Notes: generated by a model from the sequence alone, not told the origin. 62,849 bases of DNA from Burkholderiales bacterium (GCA_046590325.1 JBKJUC010000123.1:1-62849); one strand, 5' to 3'. Numbered from the stretch's first letter, positions 39,354 through 53,005 are shown. A program made the numbers and translations.

Positions 39354-39415
39354 TGCGGGCCTCGATACGAAAGGTGATTCAGGAGCGGGAGAGAAACTCC
39401 CGCAGGGCAGTTGTG

Positions 39416-39444
39416 AGGTTATTGAGTGGATTGCGGGTTGTCAA
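39416..39444 (-). promoter_or_regulatory. Putative sigma70 promoter of the liv-M20-mdcDE-matB operon
   Basis: TTGACA-N17-TAACCT; the -35 is overlapped by inverted repeat GCGGGTT-N8-AACCCGC (39433-39454). Confidence 0.6.
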
Positions 39445-39460
39445 ACAAACCCGCGGCGTT

Positions 39461-39486
39461 AAAAAGCGGCTCGAGGCCGCTCTTTT
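39461..39486 (-). terminator. Intrinsic terminator of the atp operon
   Basis: Minus strand agcggc-ctcga-gccgct followed by T5; also T-rich on the plus strand. Confidence 0.8.
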
Positions 39487-39503
39487 CATCCGTCTGCAGC
39501 CGC

Positions 39504-39923
39504 TTATTTTCCGCGCAACTTGCGGATTGCCGCCAGCTGCGCCGCCATCATCGCAAACTCGGCCTGCAGCGTCGCTATTTCCTGCTTGTCCGTGGCGTTG
39601 CGCAGGGCTTCCTCGGCGCGCCTCTGCGCATCCAATGCCTTGGCTTCGTCGAGGTCCTTGCCGCGAATCGCGGTATCGGCCAGCACCGTCACCATGGCCG
39701 GCTGAACTTCGAGGATCCCACCCGCGACGAAAATCAAGTTCTCCTCGCCGCCGCCCGCAGGCTTGATGCGCACCGCGCCAGGCTTGATTCGCGTGATCAG
39801 CGGCGTGTGTCGCGGATAGATGCCGAGCTCGCCGGCTTCGCCCGGCAGCACGACAAATTCCGCCTCACCCGAGAAAATCTGCTCCTCGGCGCTGACGACG
39901 TCTACATGAATGGTATTGGCCAT
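39504..39923 (-). CDS. atpC: ATP synthase F1 epsilon
   Basis: [28 protein letters not shown]. Confidence 0.98.
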   Translation of the reverse strand: MANTIHVDVVSAEEQIFSGEAEFVVLPGEAGELGIYPRHTPLITRIKPGAVRIKPAGGGEENLIFVAGGILEVQPAMVTVLADTAIRGKDLDEAKALDAQRRAEEALRNATDKQEIATLQAEFAMMAAQLAAIRKLRGK

Positions 39924-39935
39924 GATGCCCTTTGC

Positions 39936-41369
<1,434 letters not shown>

Positions 41370-41402
41370 CTAACGTCTAGATCAATTCGGTGAAATCTGG
41401 GT

Positions 41403-42266
41403 TCAAACGGCCGCCGCACCGCCGACAATTTCCGACAGCTCCTTGGTAATGGAAGCCTGGCGGCTCTTGTTGTACACCAGCGTGAGTTCGTCGATGAGTT
41501 TCGCGGCATTGTCGGAGGCGGACTTCATCGCCACCATCCGCGCCGATTGCTCGGAAGCCATGTTTTCCGATACGCCCTGGTACACCACTGCCTCGATGTA
41601 GCGGGTCAGCACCTGGTCCAGAACGACTTTCGCCTCGGGTTCGTAGATGTAATCCCAGGAACCTTCCGGGGTACCCAGTTTTTCGCCCGATAGCGGCAGC
41701 AGCTGTTCCATCACCGGTTCCTGCTTCATGGTGTTGATGAAACGGGTGTAGAAAATCAGCACGCGGTCGAAGCGATCCTCGGTGTAGCCGTCAAGCATGA
41801 TCTTCACCGCGCCGATCAGGTTTTCCAGCCGCGGCCGGTCGCCCAGCGTGATCGCATGGGAGACGATGTTCGCGCCCAGTCGCTGCATGAAGCCGAGGCC
41901 CTTGTTGCCGATGCAGCAGACGTCAATCTCCTCGCCCTCGGTCTGCCATTGCTTGTACTGGTTCAGCACCATGCGCAGGACATTGGTGTTAAGGCCGCCG
42001 CACAGGCCCTTGTCGGTGGTCACGATGATGATACCCACGCGCTTCACCGTATCGCGCTCGACCAGGAACGGATGCCGGTACTCCGGATTGGCGTGCGAGA
42101 TGTGGGCCGCGACGTTGCGGATCCTCTCGCTGTACGGGCGGGCGGCACGCATGCGCTCCTGCGCCTTGCGCATTTTCGATGCGGCGACCATTTCCATCGC
42201 CTTGGTGATCTTCCGAGTGTTCTGAACACTCTTGATCTTGGTGCGTATCTCTTTTGTGCCTGCCAT
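41403..42266 (-). CDS. atpG: ATP synthase F1 gamma
   Basis: [30 protein letters not shown]. Confidence 0.99.
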   Translation of the reverse strand: MAGTKEIRTKIKSVQNTRKITKAMEMVAASKMRKAQERMRAARPYSERIRNVAAHISHANPEYRHPFLVERDTVKRVGIIIVTTDKGLCGGLNTNVLRMVLNQYKQWQTEGEEIDVCCIGNKGLGFMQRLGANIVSHAITLGDRPRLENLIGAVKIMLDGYTEDRFDRVLIFYTRFINTMKQEPVMEQLLPLSGEKLGTPEGSWDYIYEPEAKVVLDQVLTRYIEAVVYQGVSENMASEQSARMVAMKSASDNAAKLIDELTLVYNKSRQASITKELSEIVGGAAAV

Positions 42267-42334
42267 TGATCAGTATCCGCTGCGCGAGTCAGTTTCCGAT
42301 GTGCATGGGAATCGGTCCGTTCCTCACTGCTGCA

Positions 42335-43876
42335 TCAATAAGTGCCGCTCTTCTTCCAGTCCTTGATCGCTTCGACCAGCGCCTTCTCGTCGTCGCCGGA
42401 CAAGTCCTTTTCCATGCGTCCGGTCAGCGCTGCATACTTGGTCTTCATGAAGTCGCGCATCGATTTCTCGGCAGCGAGCGCCTTCTTGACTTCGATATCG
42501 TCGTAATGGCCGCTGTTGACCGCGAACAGGACCAGCGCCATTTCCCATACCTGCAGCGGCTGGTACTGGGGCTGTTTCATCAGTTCGGTCACCATGCGGC
42601 CGCGCTCAAGCTGCCTGCGGGTGGCTTCGTCAAGATCCGATGCGAACTGCGCAAAGGCCGCCAGCTCGCGATACTGCGCAAGAGCCAGACGTACACCGCC
42701 GCCCGTGTCCTTGCGCTTCATGATCTTGGTCTGCGCGGCACCGCCGACGCGCGACACCGATACGCCGGCGTTGATGGCGGGGCGGATGCCGGCGTTGAAC
42801 AAGTCGGTTTCCAGGAAAATCTGGCCATCGGTGATGGAGATCACGTTGGTCGGCACGAATGCCGACACGTCGCCGGCCTGGGTTTCGATGATAGGCAGCG
42901 CGGTAAGCGAACCGGTCTTGCCCTTGACCTTGCCCTTGGTGAAGCGCTCGACCCAGGCTTCGCTGACGCGTGCGGCGCGTTCCAGCAGGCGCGAGTGCAG
43001 GTAAAACACGTCGCCCGGATAGGCTTCGCGGCCCGGTGGGCGGCGCAACAGCAGGGAAACCTGGCGGTATGCCCAGGCCTGCTTGGTCAGATCGTCGTAA
43101 ATGATCAGGGCGTCCTGGCCGCGGTCGCGGAAGTATTCGCCCATCGTGCAGCCGGAGTAGGGCGCGATGTATTGCATCGCCGCCGACTCGGATGCCGTGG
43201 CGGCCACGATGATGGTGTAGGCCATTGCGCCGTGTTCTTCCAGCTTGCGCAACACGTTGGCGATGGTCGATGCCTTCTGGCCGATCGCGACATAGACGCA
43301 GAATACGTCCTTGCCCTTCTGGTTGATGATGGTGTCCACCGCGACTGCCGTCTTGCCAGTCTGGCGGTCGCCGATGATGAGTTCGCGCTGTCCGCGTCCC
43401 ACCGGCACCATGGCGTCGATTGCCTTGAGTCCGGTCTGCACCGGCTGGGAAACAGACTTGCGCCATATCACGCCGGGCGCGACCTTTTCGATCACATCCG
43501 ATTCCTTCGCGGTGACCGGGCCCTTGCCGTCGATCGGCTGTCCCAGTGCATTCACCACTCGACCGAGCAGCTCGGGGCCAACCGGCACTTCCAGGATGCG
43601 GCCGGTGCTCTTGACCGGATCCCCTTCGGAAATATGCGTGTAGTCGCCTAGAACTACCGCGCCGACCGAGTCGCGCTCCAGGTTCAGCGCCAGGCCGAAG
43701 GTGTTGCCGGGGAATTCGAGCATTTCGCCCTGCATCACGTCCGCGAGGCCGTGGATGCGGCAAATGCCGTCGGTCACCGAGACCACCGTGCCCTGGGTTC
43801 GGATCTCGGAGGAGGAAGCGAGATTCTGGATCTTGCTCTTGATGAGCTCGCTGATTTCGGAAGGGTTCAACTGCAT
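42335..43876 (-). CDS. atpA: ATP synthase F1 alpha
   Basis: [28 protein letters not shown]. Confidence 0.99.
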   Translation of the reverse strand: MQLNPSEISELIKSKIQNLASSSEIRTQGTVVSVTDGICRIHGLADVMQGEMLEFPGNTFGLALNLERDSVGAVVLGDYTHISEGDPVKSTGRILEVPVGPELLGRVVNALGQPIDGKGPVTAKESDVIEKVAPGVIWRKSVSQPVQTGLKAIDAMVPVGRGQRELIIGDRQTGKTAVAVDTIINQKGKDVFCVYVAIGQKASTIANVLRKLEEHGAMAYTIIVAATASESAAMQYIAPYSGCTMGEYFRDRGQDALIIYDDLTKQAWAYRQVSLLLRRPPGREAYPGDVFYLHSRLLERAARVSEAWVERFTKGKVKGKTGSLTALPIIETQAGDVSAFVPTNVISITDGQIFLETDLFNAGIRPAINAGVSVSRVGGAAQTKIMKRKDTGGGVRLALAQYRELAAFAQFASDLDEATRRQLERGRMVTELMKQPQYQPLQVWEMALVLFAVNSGHYDDIEVKKALAAEKSMRDFMKTKYAALTGRMEKDLSGDDEKALVEAIKDWKKSGTY

Positions 43877-43888
43877 GGTTCAGAGCTC

Positions 43889-44425
43889 CTATTTCGTAAG
43901 GGTCGCGGCCATGGTCTGCAGCCTGCCGCGTACCGAGGCATCCCAAACCTTGTCGCCCACCTCGACCTTGATGCCGCCGATCAGTTCGGGGTCAACGGTC
44001 ACGGTGGCGTTAATCTTGCGCTTGAAACGCTTGGTCAGCAGGTTGACGACCTGATTACGCTGCGAATCGTCCATCGGAAAGGCGGAACTGATTTTTGCGT
44101 CCACCATGCCTTCGTCCTGCAGCTTCAGATTTTCGAACTGGTCACGGATACTCGGCAGCACGGACAGGCGACGGTTGTGCACTAGCAGCTGGATCGTGTT
44201 GCGGGCGGCACCGCTGATGCGGTCGCCGCAGATGGCCAGAAGCAGGCGTTCGATCTCGCTGGTGGAAACCTTCGGATTGGCCATCGCGGCCTGCATCTGC
44301 GGGTCCTGGTAAACGGAGACAATCAGCGCCAGCGCGTCCGACCAGGCAGGCAGCGTGTTGCCTTGCTTGGCCAGGCGGAAAATGGCTTCCGCGTAAGGCC
44401 TGGCTATGGTTGCGAGTTCAGCCAT
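43889..44425 (-). CDS. atpH: ATP synthase F1 delta
   Basis: MAELATIARPYAEA, LIGGIKVEVGD. Confidence 0.98.
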   Translation of the reverse strand: MAELATIARPYAEAIFRLAKQGNTLPAWSDALALIVSVYQDPQMQAAMANPKVSTSEIERLLLAICGDRISGAARNTIQLLVHNRRLSVLPSIRDQFENLKLQDEGMVDAKISSAFPMDDSQRNQVVNLLTKRFKRKINATVTVDPELIGGIKVEVGDKVWDASVRGRLQTMAATLTK

Positions 44426-44428
44426 GTG

Positions 44429-44902
44429 CTACTTGAGCTCCGCTTCGAGTCCGGACAGCAGTTGGGCATGGGCTTTGGTGTCGACCTCGCGCCTGAGGAT
44501 TTTCTCCGCCCCGGTAACTGCGAGCACGGCGACCTGCGCCCGCAGCGACTCCTTGGCGCGAAAAACCTCCTGCTCAATTTCCGCCTTTGCCGATGCGACC
44601 ACGCGCTCAGCTTCTGCCTTGGCCACCGTCTTGGCTTCTTCTACCACCGCCGCGCCGCGTTTCTCTGCCTGCGCAATGATTTCGTTGGCCTGCGCACGCG
44701 CACGTTGCAGTTCTTCGGCAGCCCGTTTGGCCGCGAGCTCCAGGTCCTGCTTGCCACGTTCGGCGGCGGCGAGTCCCTCGGCGATCTGCTTCTGGCGCGC
44801 CTCTATCGCGCGCAGCAGCGGCGGCCAGACGAACTTCATCGTGAACCAGATGAACAGGAAGAAGGTAACGCCCTGCGCGATCATCGTTAGATTGAGATTC
44901 AT
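44429..44902 (-). CDS. atpF: ATP synthase F0 subunit b
   Basis: [23 protein letters not shown]. Confidence 0.98.
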   Translation of the reverse strand: MNLNLTMIAQGVTFFLFIWFTMKFVWPPLLRAIEARQKQIAEGLAAAERGKQDLELAAKRAAEELQRARAQANEIIAQAEKRGAAVVEEAKTVAKAEAERVVASAKAEIEQEVFRAKESLRAQVAVLAVTGAEKILRREVDTKAHAQLLSGLEAELK

Positions 44903-44938
44903 ATTCCTCTCCCCTGTTTCGGGAAAAGCGCAGGCACG

Positions 44939-45214
<276 letters not shown>

Positions 45215-45255
45215 TTACGTTCCTTTCCTTTTCTTTGGTAAAACGTTGAAGTTGA

Positions 45256-46059
45256 TTAATGACTTTCGTGCGCCATCGAAAGATAGACGATGGTTAGCAT
45301 CATGAAAATGTAGGCCTGTAGCACGACTATCAGGATGTGAAAGATCGCCCAGCCCAGCCCCAGCACGCTGCCGAATATGGTGCCGACCAGCCCGGTCGCA
45401 GCCCATAGCCACAACAGCAGGAAAATGATCTCGCCCGCATACATGTTTCCGTATAGACGCAGGGAATGCGAAAGCGGCTTGGAGATGTATTCGACCAGGT
45501 TGAACAGGAAGTTGGCCGGCCACAGCAGCGGATTCGAGCCGAACGGCGAGCAGAACAGTTCGTGGATCCAGCCCCCCATTCCCTTCACCTTGATGGAGTA
45601 GTAGATCATCATCAGCCAGACCGAAAGCGCCAGCGCGAACGTGGTGTTGACGTCGGCAGTCGGAACGATGCGGAATCCGTGTTCGGAAATATGGTGCGTG
45701 CCGAGGGCGATGATGTCGACGGGCAGGAAGTCCATAGCGTTCATCAGCAGGACCCAGAAGAACACCGTGAACGCGGCGGGCGCGATGAACTTGTGGCGGT
45801 CGCCGTGGAAAATGCCCTTGACCTGTTCGTCGATGAACTCGAAAGCCAGTTCCACGAAGGCCTGGCGCTTGCCCGGTACGCCGGCTGTCGCACCGCGTGC
45901 CACCCACCAGAACAGGCCGATGCCGATGATTCCGAGGATGACCGACACCACCAGCGAGTCCATGTGGATCGTCCAGAATCCGCCGTCGCCGATCGGTTTC
46001 TCGAAGAACGACAGGTGGTGATTGATATAAGAGGTGGGGGTGATCTGTTCGGCGGCCAT
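45256..46059 (-). CDS. atpB: ATP synthase F0 subunit a
   Basis: [34 protein letters not shown]. Confidence 0.98.
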   Translation of the reverse strand: MAAEQITPTSYINHHLSFFEKPIGDGGFWTIHMDSLVVSVILGIIGIGLFWWVARGATAGVPGKRQAFVELAFEFIDEQVKGIFHGDRHKFIAPAAFTVFFWVLLMNAMDFLPVDIIALGTHHISEHGFRIVPTADVNTTFALALSVWLMMIYYSIKVKGMGGWIHELFCSPFGSNPLLWPANFLFNLVEYISKPLSHSLRLYGNMYAGEIIFLLLWLWAATGLVGTIFGSVLGLGWAIFHILIVVLQAYIFMMLTIVYLSMAHESH

Positions 46060-46096
46060 GTGCTGCTGGACTTTAAAGTTTGTCTGGATTCTGGCG

Positions 46097-46489
46097 TCAG
46101 TCGGCTTTGTTGCTGACGAAGAAAGCCATGCTTGAAATCAAGATTGTTGCGATAAACGTTCCGATAAAGACGGCGGCCACTACGTTTTTGTACGCCATCA
46201 TTACCAACCCCAGTGCAATCACAATGAACAACAACTTCGCCCCTTCCGCCTTGAAGGCGGTCAGCAGCACATCGCCTGCGGATCTTCCCCTGCGCACGGT
46301 GGCAATGGAGGCAAACAGCAAACCTGCCGCCATGCTGATCGCGCCCCCGAACCCCGCCGAGAGCGCCCCGTTAAGACCCGAGAAGTAGGCGGCAATCAAT
46401 ACGACCGCCACGGTCAGAAGGGCCTGCCAAAACAGGACGGTCCGAACCGGCCTGCTTGCCCACGCAGATTGCAAGATGGAAACCATCAA
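46097..46489 (-). CDS. atpI: ATP synthase protein I
   Basis: Four-TM protein first in the atp operon (SAGFGG, AEGAKL). Confidence 0.85.
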   Translation of the reverse strand: MMVSILQSAWASRPVRTVLFWQALLTVAVVLIAAYFSGLNGALSAGFGGAISMAAGLLFASIATVRRGRSAGDVLLTAFKAEGAKLLFIVIALGLVMMAYKNVVAAVFIGTFIATILISSMAFFVSNKAD

Positions 46490-46596
46490 TACTGGAACAC
46501 GCCGACCATCGCAAAACCGGCGGATTTTAACCGGGCCGGAGTTTCACGGTCAACGAAAACCAAGGCTATTCGAGGCTTGTCGCGATGTTTTTGCAT

Positions 46597-47442
46597 TCAG
46601 TCACGCAACCGGGCCAGGATTTCATCTAACTGATCGAGGCTGCTGTAGTTGATGACCAGCTTGCCCTTTCCGCCCCGGGACGTATTGATGGATATTGCCG
46701 CCCCCAGCCTTTGGGACAGCTCTTCCTCCAGCGCCTGCAGGTCCCGGTCCTTCTTCGGCTTGCGGGGCGCTTTGCGCACGCCGATTTCCGTCCGCCCGAC
46801 CAGTTGTTCGGCTTCCCGCACCGACAGGCTCCGGCTGATGATCTGATGCGCAAGCTCGGCCTGCCGCGCCGGGCTCACGGCCAGCAGCGCGCGTGCATGC
46901 CCCATTTCCAGCTTGCCCTGCATCAGCAAATCCTGCACCGCCTTGGAAAGGTGGAGCAGGCGCAACAGGTTGGACACCGCGCTGCGTGAACGTCCCACCG
47001 CCTGCGCCGCGGCATCGTGGGTCATTTCGAATTCGTCGATCAACCTCTGGATGCCGTTCGCCTCTTCCAGGGGATTGAGGTCTTCGCGCTGGATGTTTTC
47101 GATCAAGGCCATGGCCAGTGCAGCCTGGTCCGGCACATCGCGCATGACCACCGGCACCTGCGTCAGACCGGCAAGTTGTGCCGCCCGCCAACGTCTTTCG
47201 CCGGCGATGATTTCGTATTTTCCGCCTTCGACAGGGCGCACCAGGATGGGCTGTATCAGTCCCTGCGACCTGATCGAATCGGCGAGTTCCGCGATTGATT
47301 GTGGATCCATGCGGGTGCGCGGCTGGAAACGTCCCGGACGTAGCATGCCGACGGCCAGCTCGCTCAGTGTGTCTACGCCGCGGCTGTCGTTGCCCGCGAG
47401 CAGCGCATCCAGTCCTCGTCCGAGTCCCTTGAGTTTTGCCAT
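46597..47442 (-). CDS. parB: Chromosome partitioning protein ParB
   Basis: KGLGRGLDAL, AGERRWRAA, IENIQREDL, HTH with SRSAVSNLLRLL. Confidence 0.98.
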   Translation of the reverse strand: MAKLKGLGRGLDALLAGNDSRGVDTLSELAVGMLRPGRFQPRTRMDPQSIAELADSIRSQGLIQPILVRPVEGGKYEIIAGERRWRAAQLAGLTQVPVVMRDVPDQAALAMALIENIQREDLNPLEEANGIQRLIDEFEMTHDAAAQAVGRSRSAVSNLLRLLHLSKAVQDLLMQGKLEMGHARALLAVSPARQAELAHQIISRSLSVREAEQLVGRTEIGVRKAPRKPKKDRDLQALEEELSQRLGAAISINTSRGGKGKLVINYSSLDQLDEILARLRD

Positions 47443-47458
47443 ATGGTTAAGTTGCTTC

Positions 47459-48223
47459 CTAGATGTTCCTGCCGAGCATCTCGCCTGCCAACGCCAGGTA
47501 GGCGAGCGCACCCTTGGACTGGCGGTCGAAGCTCAGCGCCGGAACCCCGTGGCTGGGTGCTTCGGCCAGCCGGACGTTGCGCGGGATCACAGTGCGATAG
47601 ACCTTGTCGCCAAAATGTTGCTGCAGCTGATCTGAAACTTGCTGAGCCAGCATGTTTCGCGGGTCGTACATGGTGCGCAGCAATCCCTCGATTTCGAGCC
47701 CGGGGTTGAGATTGGCTCTTACCCTTTTGATGGTTTGCACCAGGTCGCTCAGGCCCTCGAGCGCGTAGTACTCGCACTGCATCGGGATCACTACGGCATT
47801 GGCCGCGCAGAGCCCGTTAACCGTCAGGAGGCTCAGGGCGGGCGGACAATCAATGAGGACAAAATCGTACTGGGCCTGGATCTCCTGCAACGCCGATTTG
47901 AGCCGGGTCTCCCGTTCCGGCAGATCCACCATTTCGACTTCCGCGCCGGCCAGGTCGCGGTTGGCGGGAATCAGGTCGTAGCCGCCGCTCTCGCTACGGA
48001 CTTTTGCCGCGGATATCGGTGCCGAGCCCAGCAGCACCTGATAAATAGTGGTGCGAAGATTCCGTTTGTCGACACCACTGCCCATGGTTGCGTTGCCCTG
48101 GGGATCAAGATCTATCAGTAGCACGCGGCGCCCGGCGAGAACCAGGCTGGCGGCGAGATTGATGGTGGTCGTGGTTTTGCCCACGCCGCCCTTCTGATTG
48201 GTGACGACCAGAATCCGGGTCAT
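47459..48223 (-). CDS. parA: Chromosome partitioning ATPase ParA/Soj
   Basis: NQKGGVGKTTT, DLDPQGNAT, DCPP, EYYALEG, RNVRLAEAPSHG. Confidence 0.98.
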   Translation of the reverse strand: MTRILVVTNQKGGVGKTTTTINLAASLVLAGRRVLLIDLDPQGNATMGSGVDKRNLRTTIYQVLLGSAPISAAKVRSESGGYDLIPANRDLAGAEVEMVDLPERETRLKSALQEIQAQYDFVLIDCPPALSLLTVNGLCAANAVVIPMQCEYYALEGLSDLVQTIKRVRANLNPGLEIEGLLRTMYDPRNMLAQQVSDQLQQHFGDKVYRTVIPRNVRLAEAPSHGVPALSFDRQSKGALAYLALAGEMLGRNI

Positions 48224-48873
48224 GGTTTGTTTTCCTCTGGTTCTTCCTGACGATTCAGGAACACCAGGTGACGCGTCGCCTCCAGCTGCGGAACGTGCAG
48301 CGCGACTACGCGGCTTACGCTCCACCCGGCGGGAAGGCGTGCGATTTCCTCATGCGGGTGTACGCCTTTCATGGCGATGAGGGTGCCTCGACTGGCTGCA
48401 CTTTGACCCGCCAGTTTGACGAAATCGGCGAGATCGGAAAAAGCGCGCGAGATCACGCCTTCATAGGCAAGCGGCGGACGATGATCTTCAATCCGTTCCA
48501 CGGCAACGGCCGCATTTCCCAGGTCAAGTTCCATCACCGCTTGTCTCAGAAACGTGCCTTTTTTATGATTGGAGTCCAGCAGGGTGACCCGCCTCTCCGG
48601 TTGCACAATCGCTACGGGAATCCCCGGAAGCCCCCCGCCGCTGCCGACGTCCAGCAATCCCCCGGCCGGCAGATACGGCAGCACTGCAAGACTGTCCAGC
48701 AAGTGATGCGTGACCAGCTTCGCTTCTTCCCGAATCGCCGTAAGGTTGTAAACCCGGTTCCACTTGTCCAGCAGTGCTACATACGCAACCAGCCGGGCAA
48801 GCGCTTTTTCATCGAGCGCAACACCCAACTCTGCAGCGCCCCGCTGCAACTGCGCCAGTGCCGTTGGGCTCAA
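48220..48873 (-). CDS. rsmG: 16S rRNA m7G527 methyltransferase
   Basis: [26 protein letters not shown]. Confidence 0.97.
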   Translation of the reverse strand: MSPTALAQLQRGAAELGVALDEKALARLVAYVALLDKWNRVYNLTAIREEAKLVTHHLLDSLAVLPYLPAGGLLDVGSGGGLPGIPVAIVQPERRVTLLDSNHKKGTFLRQAVMELDLGNAAVAVERIEDHRPPLAYEGVISRAFSDLADFVKLAGQSAASRGTLIAMKGVHPHEEIARLPAGWSVSRVVALHVPQLEATRHLVFLNRQEEPEENKP

Positions 48874-50789
48874 CCGCCGTGCCCTGCGTGCGCAATGAGT
48901 TGCTCGCCGCTTCCGGTGGGGGTTCCGAGGCCGCGTTTCAGATGCACAAGCAGCAGGGAAATTGCCGCGGGCGTCATCCCGGATATGCGCTCCGCCTGGC
49001 CGATGGTTTCCGGCCGGTACTTGTTGAGTTTCTGCTGCACTTCCACGGAAAGGCCGCGCACGCTGCGGTAGTCGAGATCATCCGGAAGCCGCCAACTCTC
49101 GAACTGTTCCTGGCGCGCCACTTCCAGTTGCTGGCGATCGATATAGCCCTGGTACTTGATCTGGATCTCAACCTGCTCGGCGGCCTGCGCTTCGCTTATT
49201 CCGGGACCCGCGCCGGGCAACGCCACCAGATCGCGGTAATGAACGCCAGGACGTTTGAGCAAATCGCGCGCTTGATAATCGCGTTCGAGGGGCTGGCCGA
49301 AGAGGCGCAGCATCTGCTCTTCCGATAGCAGCTTTGGATTGATGGAGACCGACTTGAGCCGTTCGACTTCCCGGGCCACGGCTTCGCGCTTGCGATCGAA
49401 TGCCTCCCAGCGGCTATCGTCCACGACACCCAGCTTGCGGCCGGTTTCGGTCAGCCGCATGTCCGCATTATCTTCACGCAGGCTCAGGCGGTATTCCGCG
49501 CGGCTGGTGAACATCCGGTAGGGCTCGGTCACGCCACGCGTGATCAGATCATCCACCAGCACGCCGAGATACGCCTGATCCCGGCGCGGGCACCAGGATT
49601 CCTCGCCCTTCACTTGCAAGGCCGCGTTGATGCCAGCGAGCAAACCCTGGGCGGCGGCTTCCTCATATCCCGTCGTTCCATTGATCTGACCGCCAAAGAA
49701 CAGACCCCGAAATGCCTTGGTTTCGAGCGAGGATTTCAGTCCCCTCGGATCGAAGTAGTCGTATTCGATCGCATAACCCGGCCGGGTGAGGACGGCGTCC
49801 TCCAAACCTTTGATCGAATTAACTAATTTAACCTGAACATCGAATGGCAAGCTGGTCGAAATCCCGTTCGGATAAACCTCATGGGTCGTCAGTCCCTCCG
49901 GCTCCAGGAAAATCTGGTGCGCATTCTTGTCGGCAAAGCGGGTGATCTTGTCTTCTATTGAAGGGCAGTAGCGCGGACCTATCCCCTCGATCACCCCGGT
50001 GAACATCGGCGAGCGGTCCAGGCCACCACGGATGATCTCGTGCGTTTCCAGGTTGGTGTGGGTGATCCAGCAAGGCCTTTGCTCAGGGTGTTGTTCCACC
50101 GAACCAAGGAAGGAGAACACCGGCGCCGGGCTATCGCCAAGCTGTTCCGACATAACCGAGTAGTCGATCGTGCGGCCATCAATCCGCGGCGGTGTACCGG
50201 TTTTGAGCCGGCCGACCGGCAGATTCAGTTCGCGCAGGCGGCTTGCAAGACTTATCGCCGGAGGATCCCCCGCTCGCCCTGCCTGGTAACTATTGAGGCC
50301 CACGTGAACCAACCCGGAAAGGAAAGTGCCCGCGGTCAGGACCACAGTGCGGGCGGAAAAGCGAATGCCGAGTTGGGTTACTACGCCGACGACCCGTTCG
50401 CCTTCCACCACCAGATCATCCACAGCCTGTTGAAAAATTGTGAGATTCTGTTGATTTTCCAGGCGTCGGCGAATCGCCTGCCGGTATAACACGCGGTCGG
50501 CTTGGGCGCGGGTAGCACGAACTGCCGGACCCTTGCTCGAGTTCAGGATCCTGAACTGTATCCCGGCCTCATCAGTTGCCGCCGCCATGGCGCCACCGAG
50601 CGCGTCCACTTCTTTTACGAGGTGACCCTTGCCGATCCCGCCTATCGAAGGGTTGCAGGACATTTGGCCGAGGGTTTCGATGTTATGCGTAAGCAGGAGC
50701 GTGCGGCAGCCGCAGCGAGCCGAAGCCAACGCGGCTTCGGTCCCCGCATGTCCTCCTCCGATCACAATTACATCAAACGCGTCGTTCAT
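48870..50789 (-). CDS. mnmG: tRNA uridine-5-carboxymethylaminomethyl modification enzyme MnmG/GidA
   Basis: [45 protein letters not shown]. Confidence 0.99.
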   Translation of the reverse strand: MNDAFDVIVIGGGHAGTEAALASARCGCRTLLLTHNIETLGQMSCNPSIGGIGKGHLVKEVDALGGAMAAATDEAGIQFRILNSSKGPAVRATRAQADRVLYRQAIRRRLENQQNLTIFQQAVDDLVVEGERVVGVVTQLGIRFSARTVVLTAGTFLSGLVHVGLNSYQAGRAGDPPAISLASRLRELNLPVGRLKTGTPPRIDGRTIDYSVMSEQLGDSPAPVFSFLGSVEQHPEQRPCWITHTNLETHEIIRGGLDRSPMFTGVIEGIGPRYCPSIEDKITRFADKNAHQIFLEPEGLTTHEVYPNGISTSLPFDVQVKLVNSIKGLEDAVLTRPGYAIEYDYFDPRGLKSSLETKAFRGLFFGGQINGTTGYEEAAAQGLLAGINAALQVKGEESWCPRRDQAYLGVLVDDLITRGVTEPYRMFTSRAEYRLSLREDNADMRLTETGRKLGVVDDSRWEAFDRKREAVAREVERLKSVSINPKLLSEEQMLRLFGQPLERDYQARDLLKRPGVHYRDLVALPGAGPGISEAQAAEQVEIQIKYQGYIDRQQLEVARQEQFESWRLPDDLDYRSVRGLSVEVQQKLNKYRPETIGQAERISGMTPAAISLLLVHLKRGLGTPTGSGEQLIAHAGHGG

Positions 50790-50855
50790 GGGACCTCAAA
50801 AAGAGGGCCGAATCATACCCGAATAGTCCTGCGGTATGCGGGGCCACGGCGACAG

Positions 50856-50871
50856 TGTTTCACGTGAAACA
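50856..50871. promoter_or_regulatory. parS centromere site 1
   Basis: Perfect TGTTTCACGTGAAACA. Confidence 0.97.
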
Positions 50872-50879
50872 CCGCAGAA

Positions 50880-50895
50880 TGTTTCACGTGAAACA
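50880..50895. promoter_or_regulatory. parS centromere site 2
   Basis: Perfect TGTTTCACGTGAAACA, 8 bp after site 1. Confidence 0.97.
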
Positions 50896-50902
50896 TGCAA
50901 AA

Positions 50903-51661
50903 TTAATGCAGCAGATCCCAGCCAAGCTTCGCAATCAGGCCAAAGACAACGAAGAGAAAGGCTGCTCGAATGAACGGTGCGCCCCTGGTAATGGCTAGCT
51001 GGGCACCGATCAGTGCCCCAACGATGCTGCAGGCCGCCATGGGAATGGCTACCAGGAACATGACGTTACCCGTCGCAACGAACAAAACCAGCGCCCCAAA
51101 ATTTGTTGCCAGATTCAATACCTTGGCAGCCGCTGCAGCCCCCAGGAAGTCATACCCGAACCAGCGCACCAGCCCGAAAATAATGAAGCTGCCGGCACCC
51201 GGGCCAAAGAATCCGTCGTAGAAGCCGATCGTTGCGGCAAGACCGGGCAGCGCAAGGCCCTCATAACGCACAAGGGTCGCATGGCCCGGGTTCACCCCGA
51301 AATTTCGGCGCAGAACAGTGTAAAGGGCGACAAGCACCAGCAGCGCAACGATGACCGGCCGCAATACCGTGGCATCCATCAGGGTTACCGTCTTCGCACC
51401 TGCGAAGGCGCCTAGGCCCGCCCAAAAGGAGGCCGGAAGTACTTTTCTCCAGGCAATAGGCACGGACCAGCCGTACCGCAGTGTCGCCACCAACGTCCCG
51501 GCAATCGAGGACATCTTGTTGGTCCCCAAAAGCAAGGCCGGCGCAGCGGAGGGGAAAACGGCGAACAACGCAGGCACCAGAATCAGCCCGCCGCCGCCGG
51601 CGATGGCATCCATAAGGCCCGCCAGGAAGGCAAAGCCGCAGAGAATCACCAGATCGCTCAC
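50903..51661 (-). CDS. TauE/SafE (TSUP) family transporter
   Basis: DAIAGGGGLI, GTNK, GFYDGFFGPGAGSF, AKVLNLATN. Confidence 0.93.
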   Translation of the reverse strand: MSDLVILCGFAFLAGLMDAIAGGGGLILVPALFAVFPSAAPALLLGTNKMSSIAGTLVATLRYGWSVPIAWRKVLPASFWAGLGAFAGAKTVTLMDATVLRPVIVALLVLVALYTVLRRNFGVNPGHATLVRYEGLALPGLAATIGFYDGFFGPGAGSFIIFGLVRWFGYDFLGAAAAAKVLNLATNFGALVLFVATGNVMFLVAIPMAACSIVGALIGAQLAITRGAPFIRAAFLFVVFGLIAKLGWDLLH

Positions 51662-51664
51662 GGC

Positions 51665-53005
51665 TTACTTACCGATGCAGAATCGGGAAAAGATTTCGCC
51701 GAGCAAGTCATCCGCGCTGAATTCGCCGGTAATCCGGGTGAGCGCCTGCTGGGCCAGTCGCAACTCCTCGGCAAACAGGTCAATCGCGTGGCCGCTGCCA
51801 GCCGCTTTTTCCAAGGCGCCCTGCGCTTCCGTCAAGGCCTGGAGATGCCGCTCCCTCGCGACGAACTGGACTTCCCCCGCCGGTTGCCAGCCAATGCTGC
51901 GCAGAAGGACCTGGCGCAGCAGGTCCAAACCTTCTCCGGTCTTGGCCGAGAGACGAATCTCTGTCTGGCCCGCCATCTCGGAAATCCCAGCGGCTATATC
52001 TGATAGATCTATCTTATTGAAAATAAATACTTTTATCATCTTAGACGGAAGCTTATCCAGAATCGCCCGATCGCCCTGCGACAATCCCTGCCCCACATCC
52101 ATGACCAGCAGCGCGATGTCGGCTGTGGCTATTTCGCGCCAGGTCCGTTCAATACCCAGCTTTTCGACCCTGTCGACTGAATCGCGAAGCCCGGCGGTAT
52201 CGATCACTTGAATGGGCACGCCGTCGATGGCCAACTGATGTCTGAGCGGATCGCGGGTGGTTCCGGGTACCTCGGTCACGATTGCCACATCATCTCCGGC
52301 AAGACGGTTCATGAGGCTCGACTTACCCACGTTCGGCTGGCCGATGAGTACAACCCGTGCGCCTTCGCGGAGAATGTTTCCCTGCTTTGCAGCCTTCAGT
52401 ATTTCATCGAGCGCGAGGCGCAGTTTCGCCAATTTTCCCGCGGCGTCGGCCTTTTCAAGAAAATCGATGTCTTCGTCCGGGAAATCCAGCGTGACTTCCA
52501 CCAGCACCCGCAAGTCCGTAAGGCCGCGATTCAGATTATTTATACGCGAAGAAAATTCGCCCGCAAGCGAACGCATGGCGCCCCGCGCGGCGAGTTCCGA
52601 ACTGGCATCGATCAGATCGGCAACGCTCTCAGCCTGCGCCAGATCGAGTTTGTCGTTAAGGAATGCGCGCCGCGTGAATTCGCCAGGTTCGGCCGATCGG
52701 GCACCAAGCTCGGCGCAGCGGCGCAGCAGGGACTGCAGCACGGCAGGCCCGCCGTGCCCTTGCAGTTCCAGCACATCCTCTCCGGTATAAGACCGGGGAG
52801 CGGGAAAATACAATGCAACGCCGCGATCGATCGGCTCGCCATCGGCTGCGCGGAAGTTGCAAAGAACGGCCAGACGCGGAGGAAGCTCGCGGCCAGTGAG
52901 GCCGCGCACTATTGCGGGAACAGCTGCGCCGGAAACACGGATGACGCCGATGCCCGCGCGTCCGGGTGCCGTTGCTACGGCTGCTATGGTGTCAGCGTTT
53001 CGCAT
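51665..53005 (-). CDS. mnmE: tRNA modification GTPase MnmE/TrmE
   Basis: [41 protein letters not shown]. Confidence 0.99.
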   Translation of the reverse strand: MRNADTIAAVATAPGRAGIGVIRVSGAAVPAIVRGLTGRELPPRLAVLCNFRAADGEPIDRGVALYFPAPRSYTGEDVLELQGHGGPAVLQSLLRRCAELGARSAEPGEFTRRAFLNDKLDLAQAESVADLIDASSELAARGAMRSLAGEFSSRINNLNRGLTDLRVLVEVTLDFPDEDIDFLEKADAAGKLAKLRLALDEILKAAKQGNILREGARVVLIGQPNVGKSSLMNRLAGDDVAIVTEVPGTTRDPLRHQLAIDGVPIQVIDTAGLRDSVDRVEKLGIERTWREIATADIALLVMDVGQGLSQGDRAILDKLPSKMIKVFIFNKIDLSDIAAGISEMAGQTEIRLSAKTGEGLDLLRQVLLRSIGWQPAGEVQFVARERHLQALTEAQGALEKAAGSGHAIDLFAEELRLAQQALTRITGEFSADDLLGEIFSRFCIGK

